Positions 38,474-48,079 of a stretch of 64,000 nt of DNA are shown here, in pieces. Position 1 is the first letter of the stretch. Each line of letters opens with the position of its first letter. A program made the translations under genes and the position numbers. Origin of the DNA: an uncultured Chlamydiae bacterium (lineage in GTDB: Bacteria; Chlamydiota; Chlamydiia; Chlamydiales; JAJFMB01); contig CAVOJR010000001.1 in assembly GCA_963696295.1 (NCBI GenBank), forward strand, positions 416,001 to 480,000, in the 5' to 3' direction. Below the pieces are notes generated by a model, which did not search any database, was not told the DNA's origin, and worked only from the letters and a program-made list of their open reading frames with translations.

Positions 38474-39265
38474 ATGAATTATATTATCCCCGTCCTACTA
38501 CTTTTCACTTCGATTGCTGCGGGCGAACTCGCCCTCTACCGCCCCGGCGGCTACACCCCGAAAAACAGCCTATCTTCCCATTTTATTGCCGGAGGAAAAG
38601 AATTCAGCGCTTTCGTGCAGAAGATGTCTGCCCATGTTAAGGAAGCCCCGGCAAAAGATCCCAACAAAAAAGCCGTGCTGTTGGTCCATGGCCTCAACTC
38701 CTCCCCGAAAGACTGGCATAACCTCTTTAAAGACCTGCAGGCCGAAGGCTATGAAGTGTATACCATCTATCTCTCCTACTGGAAGCCGGATGGATTTACA
38801 CAAAGCGTGCAAAAAATTCAGGATAAAGTCCTTGCCATTCTAAAAGTGCACCCCTCCGTCGATATTATCGGCCATTCCCTCGGCGGCCTGGCCTCCGTTC
38901 AAGCGGTCAACCAGCTCGGCATCCATCAAAAACAGATCACTCGTCTGATAACGATAAATTCTCCCTTAAACGGGACGACTGTCATGAATCGCTTTACCCG
39001 TCTTTTTATCCCGGATCATCTGATCGAGGTGTTGACCTACGATTGCGCGTTCACGAACCAGCTGCGGCAGCAGTCCCTGGAAACGGGAAAAGCGGGCGTG
39101 CGGTTTTTCCATACGGCGACAGAGAGCGACCATCTGGTCAGAGACCTCGACACCTGCTTCCTGCCCCAGTTTGAGGAAGGAGTAGTTATCACCGAAGAGG
39201 GTCACCTCAGCACGCTGAATTCCCCCAGCGTGCGAAGCAAAATCCTCGAATGGCTTAAGTCTTGA
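38474..39265 (+). CDS. Secreted lipase/esterase (alpha/beta hydrolase)
   Basis: Signal peptide; LLVHGL, GHSLGG, DHLV, GHL catalytic triad pattern. Confidence 0.85.
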   Translation: MNYIIPVLLLFTSIAAGELALYRPGGYTPKNSLSSHFIAGGKEFSAFVQKMSAHVKEAPAKDPNKKAVLLVHGLNSSPKDWHNLFKDLQAEGYEVYTIYLSYWKPDGFTQSVQKIQDKVLAILKVHPSVDIIGHSLGGLASVQAVNQLGIHQKQITRLITINSPLNGTTVMNRFTRLFIPDHLIEVLTYDCAFTNQLRQQSLETGKAGVRFFHTATESDHLVRDLDTCFLPQFEEGVVITEEGHLSTLNSPSVRSKILEWLKS

Positions 39266-39545
39266 TATTTTCTCCGCCTCGGCACGCTGAATTCCCCCAG
39301 CGTGCGAAGCAAAATCCTCGAATGGCTCAAGTCTTGATATTTTCTCCGCCTCGGCACGCTGAATTCCCCCAGCGTGGGAAGCAAAATCCTCGAATGGCTT
39401 AAGTCTTGATATTTTCTCCACCTCGGCACGCTGAATTCCCCCAGCGTGCGAAGCAAAATCCTCGAATGGCTCAAGTCTTGATATTTTCTCCGCCTCGGCA
39501 CGCTGAATTCCCCCAGCGTGGGAAGCAAAATCCGAATAGTCTTGA
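39203..39545. repeat. 72-bp tandem repeat (4 full units plus 1 degenerate) derived from the lipase 3' end
   Basis: CACGCTGAATTCCCCCAGCGTG at 39211, 39283, 39355, 39427 and 39499; each unit holds a CACGCTG/CAGCGTG hairpin. Confidence 0.97.
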
Positions 39546-40247
39546 CTACCACCTTTTTTTGGCATTTGTCCAGACGGCTTCCCTTTGGGTGCCTGAAATG
39601 AGAAAATAGGCAAAGCTATCCGTATTTAAATTCAAACCGAGATAGACATATTTTCCCTCATAAAAGGAATCCAAATCCTTCGCAATCCTCCAGAGAGTTC
39701 CATCGCTCAAAAGAAGATCTCTGTGATAAATAATGGCCCAATATTGCTCCATAACAGGCTTTCCTTGAGAATCCTTGACCGTTTGGCCATACTGGTCTTT
39801 CTTCTCTCGCGTGATCAACTGACGATCGACTTCAATATCCTGATAACTTTGCACAATCAAAGGATATTTGGGATATTCCACAAGCATAACCCTCACAAAT
39901 TGTTTCAGGTTCTGATTATATAACTTAAATTTATGCTCCCTTTTGAAGAAGTAGGGTTCCGTGCGAAGGTCGGTATAAACCAAATCGCCCAAATTCCATT
40001 TGCGGAATTTCGCCTTGTCTTCCGGATGCACTTTCCATCTTGAGCCATCATTTAAGACAGCCACATCGTCGCCGGCAAATTGCTCATGGCGGTCGCCGGC
40101 AAAGCTTTCAGTCCCATCCAAAACGCGCACCATAAAGCGGGGCGTGTTACCCAGCAAACGAAGCTCCGCCTTAACTTCAGGACTGACCTCCTGAACAGCA
40201 AACAGAGGGAAAGAAGCAACTAACAAACACAATAATAACTTTTTCAT
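39546..40247 (-). CDS. Exported hypothetical protein (paralog B)
   Basis: Signal peptide; two L-x-D-G-[ST]-x-W motifs; highly similar to 40257-40922. Confidence 0.8.
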   Translation of the reverse strand: MKKLLLCLLVASFPLFAVQEVSPEVKAELRLLGNTPRFMVRVLDGTESFAGDRHEQFAGDDVAVLNDGSRWKVHPEDKAKFRKWNLGDLVYTDLRTEPYFFKREHKFKLYNQNLKQFVRVMLVEYPKYPLIVQSYQDIEVDRQLITREKKDQYGQTVKDSQGKPVMEQYWAIIYHRDLLLSDGTLWRIAKDLDSFYEGKYVYLGLNLNTDSFAYFLISGTQREAVWTNAKKRW

Positions 40248-40256
40248 AAATTCTCC

Positions 40257-40922
40257 TTAAAATATCCTTGCCGCACGTGTCCAAACAGCTTCCCGTTCGC
40301 TTCCGGCAATAAGAAAATAAAATAAACCATCCGATTCACTATTCATTCCGACATAGACGAATTTTCCTTCAGCAAAGGCATCGTAAACTGATTTGATTCT
40401 CCAAACCGTTCCATCGCTCAAAAGAAGATCCCTATGGTAGATACATTCCCAATACTGCTCTAAAATGGGATCTCCCTTTGAATCCTTAAGCGGCTGTCCG
40501 TATTTATCTTTCGCCGGGCGTGTCTTTAACTCCCTGTCGACTTCCACATCTTGAAAGGCCTGGACAAACAGCGCCTGATCGGGATAGTTAACGAGCATAA
40601 CCCTCACAGAATCTTTTAGCGTGTGATTGTACAAATCAAATTTATGCTCCCTCTTAAACCAATAATGGGAAGTGCGCAATCTGACGTGCACTTCATCGCC
40701 AAAATTCCATTTGCGGAATTTCGCTTTGTCCCCCGGATGCACTTTCCAACGGGAATCATCATTTAAGACGGCCACAAAATCGCCGGCAAACTGATTATGG
40801 CGGTCCCCTTCAAAAGTTTCCACGCCATCTAAAGTGCGCAGCAAAAAATCGGGGACTGTGGCAGCGTGGGCTTGAAACGTCACAACTAGCAAAAGAAAAA
40901 AGGTAATTAATATTTTTTTCAT
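40257..40922 (-). CDS. Exported hypothetical protein (paralog A)
   Basis: Signal peptide (AHA); shares FAGD, RWKVHP.DKAKFRKWN, FKREHKF, YHRDLLLSDGT with the neighbour. Confidence 0.8.
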   Translation of the reverse strand: MKKILITFFLLLVVTFQAHAATVPDFLLRTLDGVETFEGDRHNQFAGDFVAVLNDDSRWKVHPGDKAKFRKWNFGDEVHVRLRTSHYWFKREHKFDLYNHTLKDSVRVMLVNYPDQALFVQAFQDVEVDRELKTRPAKDKYGQPLKDSKGDPILEQYWECIYHRDLLLSDGTVWRIKSVYDAFAEGKFVYVGMNSESDGLFYFLIAGSEREAVWTRAARIF

Positions 40923-41030
40923 CTATCAAACCTTGGTTAAAATTCAAACGTGAGTCATCTTATTCAACGTATATTAAGAAAAAATAAAGAATTAATAATA
41001 AGTTATTAACAGTAAAAAGTCAATATTCCA

Positions 41031-41059
41031 TTGACGCAAAAACAAGAGGGACTTAGAAT
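41031..41059 (+). promoter_or_regulatory. Putative sigma66 promoter
   Basis: TTGACG-N17-TAGAAT; AGGAGG RBS downstream. Confidence 0.6.
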
Positions 41060-41084
41060 TGTCTGATTTTTCAAGGAGGCCTAC

Positions 41085-42179
41085 ATGAATTGGACACCTT
41101 TAAAAAAAGTATTACTTCGTTTTGCCTTTCTCTATTTCTTTTTGTGCGTGACTCCCTTATCCGCCTTTATAGTCTTACAAAAAATCCCCCCCGCCCCGAA
41201 CGGTTCGGGAGATCAGCTGTTCCATTATGTCCTTACTCTCTTGAATCTTTTGCTGGCGGCGTTTGGCTGCCTGCTCTGGTCCCTTTTCGACAGGAGGACA
41301 AATTATGAAAAACTTGCCTGGTTTTTATATGTATGCTGCCGCTACTACCTCTCCTTCGTTCTCATAGGGTATGGTTTCGCAAAACTTCTTCCCGTTCAAT
41401 TCCCCTTCCCCGATTTGGAGGACCTGATCATCCCAATGGGTCAGATGTCTCCCATGGGATTAGTCTGGAGAATGATGGGATTTTCGGCCGCCTATAGTTT
41501 CTTCGCCGGTTTGGCTGAGGTCGCGGGCGGTTTACTCCTCCTCTCCCGAAGAACGACGTCTCTTGGCGCTTTGATTATAGTCGCCGTGATGAGCAATGTA
41601 GTGATGTTAAATTTATGCTACGATATTCCGGTGAAACTTTTATCGACCCACTTACTCCTGATGGCTATGGCCTTGCTCATCCCGGACACAGGTCGCCTCG
41701 TGAATTTCTTTATCTTAAACCGGCCCGTCTGTCCGGCCAATCTCGCAGTAGAAATCAAAAACCCCCTTTTTCTTAAAGCGCGGATGGCCGGTAAAACCCT
41801 CTTTGCCCTTTTCTCTATAGGCTTCACTCTATTTTTCCTGTGGCGAAAAGAGCCGGCGCTCCCTCCGCTTTACGGCATTTATGAAGTGGTGGAGAACCCA
41901 TCAAAACTGCGCTATGTCATCTTTGATAAACACTGGACCATATTGAGCTGGATGAACGATACGCGCGAATCTTTTCACGCCGACTTCGAGGCAAACACCC
42001 TCCTCCTTAAAAGGGAGGAAAAGAGCCTGAAATTCACCTATCTCGAAGAAGGGGACCGGCTGATCTTAGATGGGGAATTGGAAGGAAAGGCAGCGCTGCT
42101 CACGCTGAAAAAGAAAAGCGATTTTCTGCTCATTAACAGGGGTTTTCATTGGATAAATGAGTCCCCCTTAAACAGGTAA
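41085..42179 (+). CDS. DoxX-like membrane protein
   Basis: GSGDQ, YGFAKL.P.QF, SPMGLVW, NLCYDIPVK, RGFHWINE. Confidence 0.8.
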   Translation: MNWTPLKKVLLRFAFLYFFLCVTPLSAFIVLQKIPPAPNGSGDQLFHYVLTLLNLLLAAFGCLLWSLFDRRTNYEKLAWFLYVCCRYYLSFVLIGYGFAKLLPVQFPFPDLEDLIIPMGQMSPMGLVWRMMGFSAAYSFFAGLAEVAGGLLLLSRRTTSLGALIIVAVMSNVVMLNLCYDIPVKLLSTHLLLMAMALLIPDTGRLVNFFILNRPVCPANLAVEIKNPLFLKARMAGKTLFALFSIGFTLFFLWRKEPALPPLYGIYEVVENPSKLRYVIFDKHWTILSWMNDTRESFHADFEANTLLLKREEKSLKFTYLEEGDRLILDGELEGKAALLTLKKKSDFLLINRGFHWINESPLNR

Positions 42180-42184
42180 AACAG

Positions 42185-43282
42185 ATGGATGTCAATCTTG
42201 GTTTCGATGAGAATGAGTTATTAAGCTACGTGCAAATCACCTTTGATTCCGGGCAACTAATCAAAATCGATGTGGATATGCTGGGTATGCTCCATTGCCA
42301 TTTCGAGCAGGAAACCGATTTGGCTGAATTTATCGAATTTTTAGGAGAGTTAGGGTATCACAAATTGGTAAGCGTTACCCGCCAGATACTCGAGCAACAA
42401 GCCGAGTCGGGAGATCCCCAGGCGCAGTTTGCCTTAGGAGAAATCTGCCTGCAAGACAAAGACGAGCCTCAGGCCGTAAACTGGTTCCAGAAAGCGGCAG
42501 AGCAGGGATACGCCGTAGCGGAGCGCTATTTAGCTATCTGTTTTAATGATGGAATAGGGGTTATCAAAGATAACCAAAAAGCCCTGCAGTATTTTCATCG
42601 GGCAGCCCTCAGCGGAGATCAGACGGCGCAAAATAATCTCGGGTATTATTACGAAGTTGGCCAAGGGGTGGAACAAGATCATAAAAAAGCCTTTGAATTT
42701 TATGCGATGGCCGCAGACCAGGGGAACGCTCCGGCTCAATCCAATCTGGCCTTATGTTATTTGCGGGGCATTGGAGTTCCCGTCGATGAGCAAAAAGCAG
42801 TCCAATTATTTCAAAAAGCGGCTGACCGGGGAAATCCCATTGCTCAAGGGGAATTGGCCGATTGCTACGAGAAAGGCGTTGGAGTCGAACGCGATCCGGC
42901 CAAAGCGATCGAGTATTATCAAAATGCCGCCAGCCAAGGGTATGTCAAGGCTCAAAATAATTTAGCCTACCGCTATGAGCATGGAATCGGCGTCGAAAAA
43001 GATGAAGACCTCGCTTTTACCTGGTACTTGGAAGCGGCTAATCAGGGTCACTTGCCCGCCCAATTTAATTTGGCCCATTGCTATGAGCATGGAATCGGCG
43101 TCGTGAAAGATGAAAACCTCGCTTTTGCCTGGTATCTGGAAGCGGCGACTGAAGGGGATATAGCGGCTCAATTTAATTTGGCCCATTGCTATGGCTATGG
43201 GATCGGCACTTCCAGAAACGAGGCTTTAGCCTGGGAATGGCATGCTCGCGCCGAGGCTGGTTCTTGTGCACGGAATGCTTAA
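42185..43282 (+). CDS. Sel1-like repeat protein
   Basis: About eight 36-aa AQxNLAxCYxxGxGVxxD...AAxQG repeats. Confidence 0.93.
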   Translation: MDVNLGFDENELLSYVQITFDSGQLIKIDVDMLGMLHCHFEQETDLAEFIEFLGELGYHKLVSVTRQILEQQAESGDPQAQFALGEICLQDKDEPQAVNWFQKAAEQGYAVAERYLAICFNDGIGVIKDNQKALQYFHRAALSGDQTAQNNLGYYYEVGQGVEQDHKKAFEFYAMAADQGNAPAQSNLALCYLRGIGVPVDEQKAVQLFQKAADRGNPIAQGELADCYEKGVGVERDPAKAIEYYQNAASQGYVKAQNNLAYRYEHGIGVEKDEDLAFTWYLEAANQGHLPAQFNLAHCYEHGIGVVKDENLAFAWYLEAATEGDIAAQFNLAHCYGYGIGTSRNEALAWEWHARAEAGSCARNA

Positions 43283-43432
43283 ATTAATCGACGCCCGAAA
43301 GGCAAGGTCAATACCCAAACAACCTCAAAATTTAGTTAGCATGACATTTTTCAAATATTAAATCGCAAAGGATATAATATTTGATCTAAATGTTAGATAG
43401 AGGTAAATTTGTTCATTTAACAGAGAACTAAT

Positions 43433-44050
43433 ATGCTTAAATTTATTTTTCCTTTTCTCGTTTCTTGCTGCATGGGGCATGCCCAATTACCGGACCAGTT
43501 TTTTGTCGAGCAGCACTGGTTTTCCCTAACAAACGCCTTCTCCATTAAAACAGAACAGGAAACATTAGGCACTGTCTACCGCAAACTACTGACCCTCAAT
43601 CTGCAATACGAGTTCAACGATCCCGATGAAAAACTCGTCGCAACCGCCCGAGCGAGATTTTTTAGCCTGGGAGCAATCTTTGATGTGACCGATGCCGAAG
43701 AGACCTATTTGGGGCGCATCGACGAGTATGTCTTCACTTTTTTCCCTAAATTCGACATCTTGAGCCAGGATGAGAAGATTTTGGCGACCGCAGAGATGAA
43801 TATCTGGGGCACCACCTACACCTTCCGCGATCAGGCAGACGATCACGTTATCGCCATAATGCACCGCGACTTTTTTAGACTAAAAGATGACTGGGCCGTG
43901 ACGATCCACGATCAATCCGCGTTCGGACCGGACAAGATCGATCCCAAAATAATGATTCTCCTCGCCGCCTTCCAAACAGACCTTGAGGCGTGGTCACAGC
44001 AAAACCACATTATTGACACCACACAGCAAAACGGAAATAATGACTCCTGA
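43433..44050 (+). CDS. LURP-one/scramblase (tubby C-like) exported protein
   Basis: Signal peptide; repeated beta-hairpin pattern (FFSLGAIFDVTD, FFPKFDI, FFRLKDDWAVTI) and terminal helix IDPKIMILLA. Confidence 0.65.
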   Translation: MLKFIFPFLVSCCMGHAQLPDQFFVEQHWFSLTNAFSIKTEQETLGTVYRKLLTLNLQYEFNDPDEKLVATARARFFSLGAIFDVTDAEETYLGRIDEYVFTFFPKFDILSQDEKILATAEMNIWGTTYTFRDQADDHVIAIMHRDFFRLKDDWAVTIHDQSAFGPDKIDPKIMILLAAFQTDLEAWSQQNHIIDTTQQNGNNDS

Positions 44051-44077
44051 TAAGGGAGCAAAATGCGCTTTATTCTA

Positions 44078-44614
44078 TTATTTTCGCTTCACTTTTGCAT
44101 TTTTCTTTTCCATGTGGCTGACTTTAGCGAGGATATTTTTTTCAAAGCCCGCCTCCTTCAGCTGCCTTTTCACCTCCGCCAAACCCGCCTGCCCAACCGC
44201 TTTCAGATCCTTGACAAACCGCTCTTTGGCTTGTCTGTAATCTCTGTGGTTAATGGTTATGCCCTCAGGCGTCATGAAGCTGGCGCCATCGATTTTTTCG
44301 TACGATTTCACTAACACAGCCGCAGATTTTTGGATATCTATGGCGAGCTGATCGAGGTTTCCCGAGATTTCATTGCTTTCATGTTTTTGGTAAAAATTCT
44401 CGATCTTTTTGGCAATCCTCTCCCTCCCTTCCTGATCAAACGATTTGGCTTTTAACCTCGAAAGAGACTCTTTCGAACCTCCCGCGTCGATGTATTGGTG
44501 GATCAAACTTTTAAACTTATCTTTGGCTACAGCGAATTTTTTAAGTAACGCGTTGCCATTTAAAGTGTTATAATAATTTTGATACTGTCTTGCGTGATCT
44601 AATAATGAACTCAT
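44078..44614 (-). CDS. Hypothetical protein
   Basis: 178-aa K-rich ORF with a GGAG RBS. Confidence 0.65.
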   Translation of the reverse strand: MSSLLDHARQYQNYYNTLNGNALLKKFAVAKDKFKSLIHQYIDAGGSKESLSRLKAKSFDQEGRERIAKKIENFYQKHESNEISGNLDQLAIDIQKSAAVLVKSYEKIDGASFMTPEGITINHRDYRQAKERFVKDLKAVGQAGLAEVKRQLKEAGFEKNILAKVSHMEKKNAKVKRK

Positions 44615-44793
44615 GTGATGCTCCGGTAGAACGTCTGCATCCTATATGCTATATAAGAATTAAGCAACTGATTCTTTGGGTTTAATTGTATTTACATTGT
44701 CCACACTGCGCCATGCTCCTCCTTCCCCTTAAGCCCACAAAGAATTTGTTTTTATTAATTCGCAATAAATACATAATAAATTATAATTATATC

Positions 44794-46032
44794 ATGGATA
44801 TTCATTTTTCTATTGCTGATAAACAACAGCAAGTCCAATTGATTGAGGGCAGCGGCTCGCATAGCGTCGCAATCGGCGGCCGCCATTACACGCTTCTAGG
44901 AAGCGCTGAGGCCATTTGCTTCATCAAAGAGTGCCTTGTTCCGGCCGATTCACTAGAGCAGGCCGGCAAAGAACTAAAGGCCAGGATGTGGCTGCAGGGG
45001 GCCAAAGAGGTGAGTGTGACCACGACCCATGCGATCGGCCTCACAGTGCTTGGAAAAAATGAAGCCATTGACAAACAGGCCATTATCGGGGAAATTGCCA
45101 CCCTTTTTGAAACGAGCTATGTGGATGAAACCATCGGCAAACAATGCGCCGCCTACCTGAAAAAGCAACTGGCAGAGGGCGCCTATGAGGGCATTACCGA
45201 CGGCGATGTCTTTACACAGGCGATTACGGCCGACTTGCGCCATATCGCGGAAGATAAGCATATCGTTTTATATGTCAGTAGCGAGGAAGCGGCTCCGGAG
45301 CAGGCTGTGGAGCGGTATCAAAGCCCGGAACTCACACACCCCTTTACCTTTAAGGGCTCCGAGGAAGGGTTGATGGGCGCTTCTCCCGATGAATTTCCCT
45401 ACGAAATCCGCTCCGGTTTTATCGAGGAAAAAACCGGGTATATCGATCTGCGCCTCTTTGGCACCACCCGTACAGAGAGCGCCGACTCCAGAGCGCGCCG
45501 CCACGCGATCATCGATGCGGTGCACAATATACAAGGCGCTGAAACGGTGATAGTAGACTTGCGAAACAACGGAGGGGGCGATCCGGCCACAGTCCAGCTG
45601 CTCTGCAGCCTCTTTATCGAGGAAGGGCTTCCCCTCAATACGATTCAATACCGCGGAGAGCCGCTGCAAGAATTTGCCACCCTTTCCCATCAAGAGCTCC
45701 CCTTAGAACAGCGGCTCACAGCCGCCAATCTGTTTGTGCTCATCGGCCCCCGTACTTTTTCCGCGGCCGAAGAGTTCACCAATAATATCAAAGTGCTGAA
45801 TAGAGGAAGAGTGGTCGGCGAGCCCTCGGGCGGCGGCGCCAATCCCGGCACAACGCGCCAGGTTGGCGAGGGAGACAAATTCGTCCTCTTTATCCCCACA
45901 GGCAGGGCGGTCAATCCGATTCAGGGAGGAAACTGGGAGGGGGTCGGCATCATACCAGACCAGATGGCGCCGGCCGAAGAGGCGTTAGAGGTGGCTCTTA
46001 AGCTGCGCAAACATACTCCACTTGATACATAA
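44794..46032 (+). CDS. S41-family peptidase (IRBP-like) with an N-terminal extension
   Basis: DKHIVL, VDLRNNGGG, TFSAAEEF, GEPSGGGANP, NWEGVGIIPD. Confidence 0.9.
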   Translation: MDIHFSIADKQQQVQLIEGSGSHSVAIGGRHYTLLGSAEAICFIKECLVPADSLEQAGKELKARMWLQGAKEVSVTTTHAIGLTVLGKNEAIDKQAIIGEIATLFETSYVDETIGKQCAAYLKKQLAEGAYEGITDGDVFTQAITADLRHIAEDKHIVLYVSSEEAAPEQAVERYQSPELTHPFTFKGSEEGLMGASPDEFPYEIRSGFIEEKTGYIDLRLFGTTRTESADSRARRHAIIDAVHNIQGAETVIVDLRNNGGGDPATVQLLCSLFIEEGLPLNTIQYRGEPLQEFATLSHQELPLEQRLTAANLFVLIGPRTFSAAEEFTNNIKVLNRGRVVGEPSGGGANPGTTRQVGEGDKFVLFIPTGRAVNPIQGGNWEGVGIIPDQMAPAEEALEVALKLRKHTPLDT

Positions 46033-46080
46033 ATGGATTATTGGTAGTGTAATCCGTTTGTGTTTTTAAAGGAGGAATTT

Positions 46081-46695
46081 ATGAGTTTAGCCATTCAAAG
46101 ACCCGCGATGTGTATTGTTCTTTCAGGCCTGCCTTGCACTGGAAAATCAACTTGGTCCGACAGATTTATCGCAAAATCAAAATTAAACGGCTTATCTGTA
46201 AGAGTGATTTCTTCAGACACCATCTCCTATCAAATTTGTGATGAATACAATAAGCATAACAGGGAACAACTTAATTATGCCACCGTTTGGAATCATCATC
46301 GCCAGGAAATAGAGGACAAATACCAATCAGAGATCGATCAGGTAAAAGCCGGAAATAACGTTGATGTGGTTATTTTTGATCGCACCTACACCACCATCGA
46401 AGCGCGCGCCAAAGCCCTGCAATTAGCCAATGGGATTCAAAGGGTGCATTTGCTTTCCATGCAAATTCTAAATGAGACATCATGGAATAATAATTTGCTT
46501 GAGAGAAACAAGAATTTGCCAAATAAAACAATTACCCAGGCAATCCTTGATAAATTAAAGAGTGGAGCGACTCCCCCTGCTGAAACAGAAGGATTTCATT
46601 CAATTGTCAGGTGCCCGGCCATTGGAGAACCGGGATGGGAAAATGTGTTTGAAAGTTCCATTGATGAGATGATTAAAAATGCTATGAACAACTGA
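46081..46695 (+). CDS. P-loop kinase (AAA_33/PNK-like)
   Basis: GLPCTGKST, ISSD, VIFDRT, PPAETEGF; AGGAGG RBS. Confidence 0.82.
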   Translation: MSLAIQRPAMCIVLSGLPCTGKSTWSDRFIAKSKLNGLSVRVISSDTISYQICDEYNKHNREQLNYATVWNHHRQEIEDKYQSEIDQVKAGNNVDVVIFDRTYTTIEARAKALQLANGIQRVHLLSMQILNETSWNNNLLERNKNLPNKTITQAILDKLKSGATPPAETEGFHSIVRCPAIGEPGWENVFESSIDEMIKNAMNN

Positions 46696-46868
46696 CCGGT
46701 TTTTGCTTTGGAGGAGTGCTTGCTGTTTCGACGGAGATTAGGGCTTTGCGTGATCCATCGCTCGGCAATACTTTAATAGAAAATAAAGGATTTTCTTGTT
46801 TTTTCATAAATGTCTCCATTGTTAAAACAAGTAATTATAACAAAAAACAACGCAAGTGTAAACAAATA

Positions 46869-48062
46869 ATGAATAGAATTGCAAACAGTTTTCTGAAGAA
46901 CGATCTCTTTGGGAGCGCAAAGGTACACCCTTTCGACCATATTATCATAGGCGGAGGGTTGATGGGCAGCTCTGCTCTCTATCAATTGGCCAACCGCCTG
47001 GCACAAAAAATCCTTTTACTGGATGGGGGAGGCTATGACAAACCCGTCGGAGCAAGCCAGGGTTTTGCGCGAATTACCGGCCGGCTGACAGGCAGCGAGT
47101 GCAATGCCTATTTTCAAACCGTGCCAAGATCGAACGAAATCTATGCCGGTCTGGAACAAAAGGGGCATTATTTCTATTCAGCAGCCCCCTGCGTTACCAT
47201 AGCAAAAGCCGAAAATCCGGGTATGGCGACCGTGCTTGAGCAGTGTCAAAATCACCGCATACCCCATATTCACTTCCGAAGGGGCGAGGCTAAAAACCAT
47301 GAAGCTTTAACGGGCGTTGATGTGCAGGATAACGATGTCGTGGTTGAAGTGGTCACAGCAAATAACCGCCTGGGGTTATTGGATCCCAGCGCTTTGCGGA
47401 ACGCCTTCCTGATCGAAGCCAAAAAACAGGGAGCCAAAACCCTGTTTGGGCAGCGCGTCACCCGGTGCACCCCCATGGAAGGGAGCCGATGGTGCGTAGA
47501 GCTGGATAACGGCCTGAAATTTTCGACCCCCTCGCTCGCCGTGACTACCGGCATCGAAAATCCCGGATTAAGCCAGCTGAAAAAACCGATCAACCCTACC
47601 CGCGTTCCCCTCTTTTTTCTCCCCTTGAAAGAGGAGTCTAAGCTAAACGCATCCTATCTTGGCTTGAATAAAACAGGGGGTTTAGATTGGTTTGCCATGC
47701 CTGAGAGGCATAAAAGCATTCGCTGCTTAAAAGTCGGGATCCACGATTTGTCTCATCTTAGCGACGACACCCTGACCGATGAAGAATTTAGCCGAAAAGT
47801 CCAGGCAAATTTAATTCCTGTGATTCAAGAGATTTTTAGCAAACATCTCAAATCCCTCGAACTCGTCGGGCATTTGACCTGTTTTTACGACAACACCACG
47901 CGCGGCTACCCCTTTATCAAGCGGGAAAGCGTCGACGGACATTCCCTAGTCTACGCGGTTGGCTTTTGCGGAAATGGAGCGAAGCACGCCGGCTTTGTGG
48001 GCGAGGCCCTCGCCGACCTGATGCTCGGCCAAGAAAACCCATTAATTAAAGAATTTTCTTAA
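46869..48062 (+). CDS. FAD-dependent oxidoreductase (sarcosine/N-methyl-amino-acid oxidase-like)
   Basis: IIIGGGLMG, GASQGFARI, CFYDNT, GFCGNGAKH. Confidence 0.85.
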   Translation: MNRIANSFLKNDLFGSAKVHPFDHIIIGGGLMGSSALYQLANRLAQKILLLDGGGYDKPVGASQGFARITGRLTGSECNAYFQTVPRSNEIYAGLEQKGHYFYSAAPCVTIAKAENPGMATVLEQCQNHRIPHIHFRRGEAKNHEALTGVDVQDNDVVVEVVTANNRLGLLDPSALRNAFLIEAKKQGAKTLFGQRVTRCTPMEGSRWCVELDNGLKFSTPSLAVTTGIENPGLSQLKKPINPTRVPLFFLPLKEESKLNASYLGLNKTGGLDWFAMPERHKSIRCLKVGIHDLSHLSDDTLTDEEFSRKVQANLIPVIQEIFSKHLKSLELVGHLTCFYDNTTRGYPFIKRESVDGHSLVYAVGFCGNGAKHAGFVGEALADLMLGQENPLIKEFS

Positions 48063-48079
48063 ATCAAAGGAGAAGGAAA

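Noticed and set aside
39203..39545. CRISPR array
   Set aside because: The sequences between the palindromes are near-identical rather than unique spacers, unit 1 is coding sequence, and there are no cas genes in the window
38966..39613. 215-aa and 116-aa repeat-protein ORFs on the minus strand
   Set aside because: By-products of a 72-bp (multiple of 3) repeat; they overlap two real genes
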